DNA of 33,667 nt, from positions 1 through 33,667 of the forward strand of contig WRCT01000002.1 of NCBI GenBank assembly GCA_009783775.1, given 5' to 3'. A model generated the notes under the pieces. That model saw only the letters and a program-made list of their open reading frames with translations. It did not search any database and was not told the origin of the DNA. Position numbers and translations under genes: made by a program. Shown here in pieces: positions 18,080 to 25,324 of the stretch. This DNA is from Clostridiales bacterium. GTDB lineage: Bacteria > Bacillota > Clostridia > Christensenellales > CAG-138. Numbering within the stretch: the stretch's first letter is position 1; each line of letters opens with the position of its first letter.

Positions 18080-18150
18080 AAAAGCGAAGGGGACCCCCTC
18101 TCCTTTTTATGGGAACCCCTGAAGTATCAAGCATAAGGAGGAGCGCTTTT

Positions 18151-18588
18151 ATGGATGCGCGAGCTTTGCTGACAAAGGTGAATGATATCTGCCTTTATGT
18201 TAAGGATTTTCAAGGCTCCTTGCGATTCTATACTGAAAAGTTCGGATTCAAGGTAAAGCGGCTGCAACCGGATGCCGACCATGCCAACTACGCCGAATTC
18301 GCATTTCATGGGACAAGTGTGACCATGTGGGATGTGAAAGGCGTGTCCGAAGTGTTGGATCCCACCTGTTTGGGCGGAGAAGGCCATCACTTTATGATTG
18401 CCGTAAAGGTTCCCGCGGCGGACGATGTGGACGCCATACATACCGCGCTTGTTTCACGCGGCGTCCCCTGCCTGTCCGCGCCAACCGTTTATCCTTTCGG
18501 TTCCAAAGCAGCCTATTACCAAGACTACGAGAAGAACATCTGGGAAGTTTTTGCTTGGATGGAAGGAAACGGGCCGGGTCTATTATAG
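18151..18588 (+). CDS. VOC-family protein (glyoxalase / bleomycin-resistance / dioxygenase fold)
   Basis: ORF 18109..18588 trimmed to ATG 18151 (MDARALLTKVNDICLYVKDFQGSLRFYTEKFGFKV...), which has an AGGAGG RBS. The beta-alpha-beta-beta-beta VOC pattern is present. Confidence 0.8.
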   Translation: MDARALLTKVNDICLYVKDFQGSLRFYTEKFGFKVKRLQPDADHANYAEFAFHGTSVTMWDVKGVSEVLDPTCLGGEGHHFMIAVKVPAADDVDAIHTALVSRGVPCLSAPTVYPFGSKAAYYQDYEKNIWEVFAWMEGNGPGLL

Positions 18589-18618
18589 AAAATCCAAAGG
18601 AAAGGAAAAGAAAAAAAC

Positions 18619-19443
18619 ATGATGTCCGAACAGAAAACCTATTTGGCCTCCGCGCCCAAGGCCGGAAATGAGGGCGTATATCATTTGCGCTTAAAACAGG
18701 GTGATGTGCCCAGTTATGTGCTCCTGCCCGGCGCCCCCGAACGCACTATGGTCATTGCAGAAAACTGGGAGCAAGTGCAAGAACTTGCCCAATACCGGGA
18801 GTATAAAACGGTGACAGGCAGTTACAAGGGTATGCCGTTGGCCGCGACATCCACCGGAATCGGGTGCCCGGGCGCTGAAATTTGCATTCATGAGCTGAAT
18901 GTCGTGGGCGTACACACCTGCATAAGGGTGGGCACTACCGGTTGCATCGTGCCGGACTTTGACCTGGGCGATTTGATTATTCCCGTCGCCTGCATTCGCA
19001 AGGACGGCACCTCCATTGCATATGTGGAGCCGGAGTTTCCGGCCTTTGCAAACACCAGAGTGGTCATGGCGCTCATGCAGGCTTGTGAGCGTTTGAACTA
19101 CCGCTACGGCCTTGGGCTGAGCTATACGGTCGGTTCGTTTTATATTGGTCAGGGCCGCCCCCTACAGGAGGGTGGCGGCGGGTATTGGCCATCCTTTGCC
19201 GAGAAAATCATCTCGGATCTGCAATCGGCCCGTGTGACCAATATTGAAATGGATACCGCCGGACAATATGTTGTGGGATATCTGCACGGCATGAGAATGG
19301 GCGCCATTCTCTCTGTTATTGCCAATCGTGTTTTGGATCGTTGGGGCGACAACGGCGGCGAAGAAAGAGCCTGCCGGGCGGCCTGTGAAGCTATGAAGAT
19401 TCTGGCGGAGTGGGATCAGTCGGCCGGAGGAGCCATTCATTAA
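18619..19443 (+). CDS. Nucleoside phosphorylase, PNP/UDP family 1 (uridine-phosphorylase-like)
   Basis: 274 aa. Family pattern seen: YHLRL..GDVPSYVLLPGAPERT, STGIGCPGAEICIHEL, IRVGTTG and IEMDTAG. It starts 30 nt after the VOC gene. Confidence 0.85.
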   Translation: MMSEQKTYLASAPKAGNEGVYHLRLKQGDVPSYVLLPGAPERTMVIAENWEQVQELAQYREYKTVTGSYKGMPLAATSTGIGCPGAEICIHELNVVGVHTCIRVGTTGCIVPDFDLGDLIIPVACIRKDGTSIAYVEPEFPAFANTRVVMALMQACERLNYRYGLGLSYTVGSFYIGQGRPLQEGGGGYWPSFAEKIISDLQSARVTNIEMDTAGQYVVGYLHGMRMGAILSVIANRVLDRWGDNGGEERACRAACEAMKILAEWDQSAGGAIH

Positions 19444-19562
19444 ACGAAAAATCAGCAAAAGACACTTTTGCAAAAAGCAATGATATGGGCGATGCGCATC
19501 ATGCCCGCCTGTCTTTCATTCTCTTTGGGGGCTTTCTCATGTTCGCAAATCTTGCTCACAAT

Positions 19563-19608
19563 TGTTCACAAACCAACTATTGTATTGTGAACATCCATAA
19601 GCTATAAT
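19563..19608 (+). promoter_or_regulatory. Candidate sigma-A promoter with an inverted repeat
   Basis: TTGTAT (19580-19585), 17 nt, consensus TATAAT (19603-19608). The inverted repeat TGTTCACA (19563-19570) / TGTGAACA (19586-19593) straddles the -35. Confidence 0.4.
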
Positions 19609-19692
19609 TGCGTTAGACGACACTATGCGCATTGCAATCCCTGTATTTTCGGGCACTTAACGGTTTCACTTGCGCTTCATGCGTTGCGACTG

Positions 19693-19742
19693 TCTGGCTG
19701 AGGACCGGAAGGTCGGGGGTTCGAATCCCTCAGGGCGCGCCA
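19693..19742 (+). other. tRNA 3'-half-like fragment (anticodon-arm-like stem, 5-nt variable region, T-arm, acceptor 3' strand, CCA); not an intact tRNA
   Basis: TCTGG-CTGAGGA-CCGGA (5-bp stem, 7-nt loop), AGGTC, GGGGG-TTCGAAT-CCCTC (canonical T-loop), AGGGCGC-G-CCA. The 26 nt upstream cannot form the matching acceptor 5' strand (GCGCCCT) or a D-arm. Confidence 0.5.
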
Positions 19743-19764
19743 AAAAAACGCCGTCGCACGCGGC

Positions 19765-19849
19765 AATGAAGAATGATAAATGATGAATGGCAAATGATAA
19801 ACCGGCTTTGCGGCGACATTTTTTGTGTTCATCATTTGCCATTGGCGCA
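19765..19849. repeat. Heptamer array, B family (AATGNNN x5), plus a partial inverted partner
   Basis: AATGAAG AATGATA AATGATG AATGGCA AATGATA spans 19765-19799. AATGGCAAATGAT (19786-19798) is perfectly complementary to ATCATTTGCCATT (19832-19844). Confidence 0.7.
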
Positions 19850-19872
19850 AGCGGATTGTTCATCATGTATTC

Positions 19873-19894
19873 CCGCCTGCGGGCGGTGTCTTTT
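19873..19894 (+). terminator. Short GC hairpin plus U-rich tail immediately upstream of the GIY-YIG RBS (possible attenuator)
   Basis: CCGCC-TGCG-GGCGG (19873-19886) is followed by TGTCTTTT, then the RBS GGAAGGA and ATG 19906. The stem is only 5 bp, so this call is weak. Confidence 0.3.
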
Positions 19895-19905
19895 CGGAAG
19901 GAAAT

Positions 19906-20229
19906 ATGGACAAAAAAGAACTGGTCAATCAATACAAAAACCGTGCGCAGACGGGCGGGGTCTTTGCCATCAAAAATACCCTGCGGGATAAGTGGTATGT
20001 TGACGCCACAGTTGACCTTAAGGCCGCGCAAAACCGTTTCGCGTTTTTCGGCAGTACGCACCTGAAACTGGCCGAGGATTATAAGGCGCAAGGGGGCGCA
20101 GGTTTTGCCTTTACTGTGCTGGAAGAACTGCAAAAGGGCGAGACCCAAACGGACAGAGCGTTTAAGGACGATTTGTCGCTGCTAAAGACCATTTGGCTGG
20201 AAAAGCTGACCGGACAAGACTTGTATTAG
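19906..20229 (+). CDS. Small GIY-YIG nuclease-superfamily protein (LuxR-associated-type GIY-YIG domain only)
   Basis: ORF 19825..20229 trimmed to ATG 19906 (MDKKELVNQYKNRAQTGGVFAIKNTLRDKWYVDATVDL...NRF...), which has a GGAAGGA RBS. GVF...YVDAT...R...E spacing resembles the GIY-YIG core. The family assignment is from memory of similar ~105-aa proteins. Confidence 0.6.
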   Translation: MDKKELVNQYKNRAQTGGVFAIKNTLRDKWYVDATVDLKAAQNRFAFFGSTHLKLAEDYKAQGGAGFAFTVLEELQKGETQTDRAFKDDLSLLKTIWLEKLTGQDLY

Positions 20230-20249
20230 ACGAAGGAGGGGGCTCGCCC

Positions 20250-20663
20250 ATGTGGATTGCCTACGCGCTGCTGGCCGCGCTGTTTGCTGCGGTCACGTCC
20301 ATTTTGGCGAAACTGGGACTGGAGGGCGTCAATTCCAATCTTGCCACCGCGATCCGCACGGCGGTCGTGCTGCTTATGGCCTGGGGTATTGTTTTCATCA
20401 CGGGCAAGCAGCACGAGGTTACGAACATCACGCAAAAGTCCTGGCTGTTTCTGATCCTGTCCGGCCTGGCGACAGGGCTGTCCTGGCTGTTTTACTATAA
20501 GGCGCTCCAGATGGGCGACGCCTCCAAAGTCGTGCCGATCGACAAACTCAGCGTGGTGATATCCATGCTGCTGGCCTTTGTGTTTCTGGGCGAGAAGGCC
20601 GATGTCAAAACCATTCTCGGCGGCCTGCTGATTACGGCGGGCACGATCGTTTTGGTTGTTTAG
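20250..20663 (+). CDS. EamA-family (DMT superfamily) small transporter, single EamA domain
   Basis: ORF 20193..20663 trimmed to ATG 20250 (MWIAYALLAALFAAVTSILAKLGLEGVNSNLATAIR...), which has a GGAGGGGG RBS. It has four to five hydrophobic helices. Confidence 0.8.
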   Translation: MWIAYALLAALFAAVTSILAKLGLEGVNSNLATAIRTAVVLLMAWGIVFITGKQHEVTNITQKSWLFLILSGLATGLSWLFYYKALQMGDASKVVPIDKLSVVISMLLAFVFLGEKADVKTILGGLLITAGTIVLVV

Positions 20664-20708
20664 CGACTTGTTTCACGGGAAATCCGACTTAATCAGCGGT
20701 TCCTATGA

Positions 20709-20873
20709 CGTCATTGCGCGGAGCGAAAAGGAATTGTGTGACACCAAGTTGGACGACGGAGCAATCCAGATAATGTCGGAGCAATCTACAAATGCGTTTT
20801 AAGGAACTCCGAAACTGGATTGCTTCGTCGGGTTGCTCCATTTTTATGAAACTTGCGTACTCCTCGCAATGAC
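20709..20873. repeat. Nested inverted-repeat element (GTCATTGCG.GGAG / GACGGAGCAATCCAG modules)
   Basis: Outer arms are GTCATTGCGCGGAG (20709-20722) and CTCCTCGCAATGAC (20860-20873). Inner arms are GACGGAGCAATCCAG (20755-20769) and CTGGATTGCTTCGTC (20815-20829). A third half-site GTCGGAGCAATCTAC lies at 20775-20789. The 67-aa ORF 20689..20892 is read out of these repeats. Confidence 0.5.
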
Positions 20874-20932
20874 AGATAGAAAAAACTTGCATTCATGCAT
20901 TTGGTGTGCAAAATCGCAATCAGCGATTGATA

Positions 20933-23407
20933 TTACAGCGGACCCAACTCCACCAGCCAGCGCAGGATACGTGCTGCGTCCGCAGCGGAGACAGGGCCTG
21001 CGCCGGACGTCACTTTGGCGTTGCGCTCTCCCTGCGCGGATAGGGTTGTCAGTTGCACCAGGGCGCGTAAAATGTGGGACGCGTCCGCCGCGTTGACCAA
21101 ACCGTCACAGTTCGCGTCACCGCGCAGATAGGAATCTTTGGTTGGCGTCGGTGTTGGTGTTGGTGTCGGCGCGGGCGTCGGTGTAGACGTGGGCGTCGGT
21201 GTAGACGTGGGCGTCGGTGTAGACGTAGGCGTTGGCGTTGGCGTGGGTGTTGGTGTCGGTGTCGGCGTGGGTGTTGCGGTCGGCGTAGGTGTTGGCGTTG
21301 TTTCAGGCGCGACTGCCGCCGTCTTGAGGAAGATATCCAGGCAGAAGGTGTAGCCGACAAAATTGAGATTCATGATTTCATCGTACAGTCTGAACTCCGG
21401 CGTGAGGCCGCTGGTGCGCAGCGCGATACTGCGGGTGGCGTTGCCTGTCACGGCGTTCACATTGTGGACCCGCCAGCCGTTATAGTTCGCGCCGCCGTGG
21501 ATTTTGGCATTCAACGCTGAGATTTCATAATACACATTCTCGCCGCCTGTCTCAAAGGCCGTGCCGGAGGACCAGCCCGGACTTTGCCCCGCGTCGTTGG
21601 TGAATGTCCACAGTTCGTCCTCCTCGCCCAGCGTCCAGCGATAGGTCCCGATGTTATCCAAAATCGAAATCGGCAGCGTATGCGCACCGTCCCCTATCGC
21701 CGCGGTAAAAGCCACCGCCGCCTGCCCGCCTTCGGTGCCCGCAGCCATTGCCATATAATGCGTGGCGGAATCATTGTGCCGGGCGGCCAGAACGATTTCG
21801 GCGCCGTCATACAGCCAGGCGAGATCGGTCACGCGGATCCATTTGTCAGGTCCGTCCGGATCCGGCGTCGGCGGCGCGGTCGGCGGCGCGGTTGGCGTGG
21901 GCGTGGGTGTCGGGGAAGGGGTTGGCGTTGCCGTTTCCTCCGGTGTGGCGGGCGGGTTCGCCATCTTCACATAAAAGCCCAGCGTCTGTCCCGAAATATT
22001 CGTGCCGACGGTGCCCGTATAGGCACGCCAGTCGGGGTTTGTGTCGAAAACGCCGAGGTAGCGTCCGTTCTGCATCAGATAACCGTTGCTCTCCAGCGTC
22101 CAGGGCTTGCTCTCGGTTCCGATGCGCACGCCGTTGTTCGCGTTGCCCGTGTAGAGCCAGCGGTTCGTCTCGCCGAAAGGATAGAAGGTGATATTCGCGC
22201 CCTGCCGTGCCACATTCCATTGCAGGGAAAGGGCGGGTGCGGCCGCGAGTTTGTTGTCTGAGACCGTGACCGTTCTGCCATAGGGCGCGCCTGAGGTGTG
22301 GTTGTCGCTGTGCGGCAGGGCGTAGGTGAGACCGCCTTTGCGCATGGTGATCACGACCGAGTCCTCGGGGCCAATATCCGAAAGATTGGTCAGAATCCAG
22401 TCCGTGCCGGGAATGAACGGTCCCGGCGTCGGCGTGGGCGGACCGGACGTTGGGGTCGGCGTGGGCACGCGGGTGGGGCCCGGCGTGGTGCCGCTGCTGC
22501 CGGAAGGTGAGATCAAATCGTCCGGCACCGCCAGGCCAAAGATCAGCCAGGCATATTCGGGGTAGTCGATGAACACATTGCGGTTGCCCTGAATGCTCTG
22601 CGTCACGTCGTTGCGGCCCATCTCCCAGGTGTCCACGGGGTCCGACAAATGCCATTCCAGCAGGGTCTCCAGGCTCTCGATCGCCTTTTGCCCGTTGGAA
22701 GTATTGCCGCCGAAACTGCCGGGCGGCTGCCGGACGAACAAGTTCGTATTCTCGGGATAGGTTGTGTACACATAGAGAAAGATCCGCGCCACATCGCCCT
22801 TTATGCCGTCCAGGGGTTCCACCAAGCCGCTGCAGTCGTTCGCGCTGTAAGTCGTGAGATACCAAAGCACCTCCTTGCCCTCATAGTAGCCTGTGCGGTG
22901 GGCGAGGCCCTTTTCTTTGACATTGCCCATCGTATAGTTGCCGCGCGTGCTGTTCACGCCCGGGTTCGTCGGGCGCAGGTGGTGCAGGTCCGAGCCCGCG
23001 CCGGACTGGTTGAAATACCCCAAACTCTGTGGCCAGGTATGCTCCCGGTTGAAGTTTTCGCTCTGCGCGTCGCTGTAAAAGATCTGCGTGCCCGCGACCC
23101 CGTTTTGCGCGTCCGTAAAGGTCCAGTGCGTGGTGAGCGAGGTATAGCTCACCTTCGTGGTATGTGTGCCGCTCATCAATTGGCCCAGCGCGGTTTTCAG
23201 CGCACCCGCGTCCAGTCCGCAAAGGGTCTCAAAAGCGGCGTCATTTGCCGCGTAATAAGCCTGCGCCTGCGCGGAAAGCGCGGTCGCGGTTTCGTGGCGG
23301 GTCCCGGGGTTATAGGCCGTTGCTGCGCTTACGAGAACACTAAAAACCAGGGTCGCGCAAAGCAGCCCCGGTATGCCAATCAACAATCGTTTCGCGTTCT
23401 TTGCCAT
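20933..23407 (-). CDS. Secreted multidomain Endonuclease-I-family nuclease with Pro/Thr linkers, two uncharacterised middle domains and a C-terminal dockerin
   Basis: 824 aa with the signal peptide [31 protein letters not shown]. Endonuclease I motifs: [38 protein letters not shown] and [15 protein letters not shown]. There are three PT-rich linkers. The C-terminal dockerin is [24 protein letters not shown]...[16 protein letters not shown]. Confidence 0.85.
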   Translation of the reverse strand: MAKNAKRLLIGIPGLLCATLVFSVLVSAATAYNPGTRHETATALSAQAQAYYAANDAAFETLCGLDAGALKTALGQLMSGTHTTKVSYTSLTTHWTFTDAQNGVAGTQIFYSDAQSENFNREHTWPQSLGYFNQSGAGSDLHHLRPTNPGVNSTRGNYTMGNVKEKGLAHRTGYYEGKEVLWYLTTYSANDCSGLVEPLDGIKGDVARIFLYVYTTYPENTNLFVRQPPGSFGGNTSNGQKAIESLETLLEWHLSDPVDTWEMGRNDVTQSIQGNRNVFIDYPEYAWLIFGLAVPDDLISPSGSSGTTPGPTRVPTPTPTSGPPTPTPGPFIPGTDWILTNLSDIGPEDSVVITMRKGGLTYALPHSDNHTSGAPYGRTVTVSDNKLAAAPALSLQWNVARQGANITFYPFGETNRWLYTGNANNGVRIGTESKPWTLESNGYLMQNGRYLGVFDTNPDWRAYTGTVGTNISGQTLGFYVKMANPPATPEETATPTPSPTPTPTPTAPPTAPPTPDPDGPDKWIRVTDLAWLYDGAEIVLAARHNDSATHYMAMAAGTEGGQAAVAFTAAIGDGAHTLPISILDNIGTYRWTLGEEDELWTFTNDAGQSPGWSSGTAFETGGENVYYEISALNAKIHGGANYNGWRVHNVNAVTGNATRSIALRTSGLTPEFRLYDEIMNLNFVGYTFCLDIFLKTAAVAPETTPTPTPTATPTPTPTPTPTPTPTPTSTPTPTSTPTPTSTPTPAPTPTPTPTPTKDSYLRGDANCDGLVNAADASHILRALVQLTTLSAQGERNAKVTSGAGPVSAADAARILRWLVELGPL
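21174..21227. repeat. 18-bp tandem repeat x3 inside a Pro/Thr linker
   Basis: GGCGTCGGTGTAGACGTG is repeated three times head to tail, with one mismatch in the last unit. It encodes (TSTPTP)3 on the minus strand. Confidence 0.9.
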
Positions 23408-23416
23408 AATGATACC

Positions 23417-25201
23417 TTACAGGATCTCCAGCTCCACAAGCGCGCGCAGGATTTTGGCCGCGTCCGCAGCGGAGACCGCGCCCATACCCGCCGTCACCTT
23501 GGCGTTTATCAGCCCCTGCGTGGTGAGGAACTGCAGCTCTACAAGGTGCCGCAGAATGGCCGCCGCATCCGCCGCGTTGACCACACCGTTGCAGTCGGCG
23601 TCGCCGCGCAGATAGCCGCCGGTCGCCGGTATCGTCGCCGTTGCCGTCGCCGTCGGGGTTGGCGTCGGCGTTGGCGTCGGGGTCGCCGTATGAGTTGGGG
23701 TCGCTGTCGGGGTCGGGGTCGCCGTATGGGTTGGAGTTGGTGTCGCGGAGGTGGGATCAAGCTTCAAGATTGTCAGGTTCGCCCGCTGCCCCGTGTTGCC
23801 GTAGAAGGCAAAGAAATCATAGCCGGTGCCGCTGTTAAGGGAAAGATGTCTCGCTTGATCGGCGGCGGATCGGATATAGTAAGTGCCTGTTGTGCCGCCC
23901 GCGCCGATCGTCAGCGCGTAGGCGGTGGTGTCAAAACGGAAGGAGTTGTTTGGGGCGCTGCCCGGCGGCCAGGAGACAAACTTGCCCGCCTGTGCGCCGC
24001 CCAACGCCTTGAGCGACCAGTTGCTGCCCGTCCGGCCCAGCTCAAACACAAAGCATTTGGGTGGATCGGTAATGCGCGTGGGCGCGGCGGCCGGGCCGTC
24101 CTGCACGGCGATTGCCCGCCCGTTGCCATCTGCCTCACCCTGCATAAACCAATAGTTGCCGGAGTTGCGGGCGGTTAAAATCAAAATCTTGTCCCCCGCG
24201 GCAAGCTGGGACACATTGGTGATTGCATTGAACACGCCGGAGTAGATTTCATCTTTCGGGCCCGGTGTGGGTGTGGGAATGGGCACGCGGGTGGGCCCCG
24301 GCGTGCCGCCCGTGCTGCCGGAGGGCGTGACGATACCGTCCGGAATGGGCTTGTCAAATACCGTCCACATCAGCTCGGGATAGTCGATAAAGATATTGCG
24401 GTTGCCCTGCCGTGTCTGTACATAGTTGTTGCGCGCCATCTCCCACTGGTCCACGGGGTCACTTGCGTTCCAGTCCAGCAGGGTTTGGATATTGTCCACC
24501 ACAGTGAGAATATTCGTGGTTTTTAGATACCGCACATAACAGTAGACGAGAATACGCGCCACATCGCCCTTAAACTCATCGGCGGGCTCCCAGCAGGTGG
24601 TATTGGTAAACTTGCTGGTTCCCTTGTAACCGAGCACCCTGCCGTTGGTCTGCGCGCCGAGCTCACTTTGCCAAACGACAACATCTTTTGCTCTATCCAC
24701 AGTGCCGTAGTCGTTATCGCCGTGGAGACCGTTCGTTTTCGGATTGACGGGGCGAATGTGATGCAGGTCGTTTTCCGCAAGGGTGCCACCCTTGGATTGG
24801 GGCCAGAGGTGCTCGCGGTTGTAGGCGCTGCCATCCCAGGTGCCGCTTGAAGAAGTGGCTGAAAAGAAGAGCAGCATATTGCCGGGTGTCGCCGCGTCGG
24901 CGTCGGAATATTGAAACTGAAACCGCATACCGCTGGGGGCGTTGCCGGTATACGACACAGTGGTGCCGGTCAGCGCGGTCTCCAGATAGTTGGTGAGTTG
25001 TGTGCCCGCCATGCCCTTCATCTGTGTGAAGGAATACGTGAAACTACTGTAATATGTGGTGGCGGCGGTCGGCAGGGAGGTGCAGGGCACATCCCAGGTC
25101 TGCGCGGCGGCCAATGGTTCGGTCGCCCAGGGCACAATAATCGCGGCAAGCAAAAGCAGCGCCACCCCAAAGGTTAAAATCCGTTTGGTTACAGTTTTCA
25201 T
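23417..25201 (-). CDS. Secreted Endonuclease-I-family nuclease with PT linkers, one uncharacterised middle domain and a C-terminal dockerin (paralog of 20933..23407)
   Basis: 594 aa with the signal peptide MKTVTKRILTFGVALLLLAAIIVPWATEPLAAA. Motifs: NREHLWPQSKGG, DLHHIRPVNPKTNGLHGDNDYG, GDVARILVYCY and QGNRNIFIDYPELMW. The dockerin is GDADCNGVVNAADAAAILRHLVEL...VSAADAAKILRALVEL. Its stop lies 9 nt before the next gene's start. Confidence 0.85.
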   Translation of the reverse strand: MKTVTKRILTFGVALLLLAAIIVPWATEPLAAAQTWDVPCTSLPTAATTYYSSFTYSFTQMKGMAGTQLTNYLETALTGTTVSYTGNAPSGMRFQFQYSDADAATPGNMLLFFSATSSSGTWDGSAYNREHLWPQSKGGTLAENDLHHIRPVNPKTNGLHGDNDYGTVDRAKDVVVWQSELGAQTNGRVLGYKGTSKFTNTTCWEPADEFKGDVARILVYCYVRYLKTTNILTVVDNIQTLLDWNASDPVDQWEMARNNYVQTRQGNRNIFIDYPELMWTVFDKPIPDGIVTPSGSTGGTPGPTRVPIPTPTPGPKDEIYSGVFNAITNVSQLAAGDKILILTARNSGNYWFMQGEADGNGRAIAVQDGPAAAPTRITDPPKCFVFELGRTGSNWSLKALGGAQAGKFVSWPPGSAPNNSFRFDTTAYALTIGAGGTTGTYYIRSAADQARHLSLNSGTGYDFFAFYGNTGQRANLTILKLDPTSATPTPTHTATPTPTATPTHTATPTPTPTPTPTATATATIPATGGYLRGDADCNGVVNAADAAAILRHLVELQFLTTQGLINAKVTAGMGAVSAADAAKILRALVELEIL

Positions 25202-25231
25202 AATAATACGCTACTTTCCCATTTTCCAATC

Positions 25232-25260
25232 ATTATACAGGTAAAGCCCAGGAAAAGCAA
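25232..25260 (-). promoter_or_regulatory. Candidate sigma-A promoter for the nuclease pair
   Basis: On the minus strand: TTGCTT (25260-25255), 17 nt, TATAAT (25237-25232). It lies about 30 nt upstream of ATG 25201. Confidence 0.45.
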
Positions 25261-25324
25261 GCGGATAAAACGTGTAAAATGGTGGAACGCAGGATATAAG
25301 ATGGTGAAAAGAGCGTATGGGATT

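Noticed and set aside
19672-19742. A complete but short tRNA (71 nt) starting at GCGCTTC
   Set aside because: The acceptor pairing would need two G-U pairs plus a C-A mismatch. No D-arm can be drawn in the 14 nt available. A GAG (Leu) anticodon is also incompatible with a 5-nt variable region. It is treated as a 3'-half fragment instead.
19600-19742. tmRNA or bacterial Y-RNA-like (YrlA) gene
   Set aside because: The region is far too short for tmRNA and lacks the GGGG...UCCACCA acceptor with a G3-U70 pair. No Rsr/Ro or RtcB neighbour is present, and there is no long terminal stem as in YrlA.
19666-20148. 160-aa ORF on the minus strand across the tRNA-like fragment and the GIY-YIG gene
   Set aside because: It reads through the tRNA-like T-arm (FEPPTF) and is antisense to a better-supported CDS. 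It has no RBS.
21049-22865. Multiple ORFs in both strands over the nuclease gene (e.g. 21049..21360, 21074..21520, 21138..21353, 21584..22261, 21846..22865)
   Set aside because: They are alternative frames or antisense readings of the Pro/Thr-linker and GC-rich coding sequence. They give R/G/V/P homopolymer-like translations, which are artefacts of low-complexity DNA.
22649-24178. 509-aa ORF on the + strand
   Set aside because: It is antisense and spans the junction of the two nuclease genes. It is Arg-rich with no domain signature.
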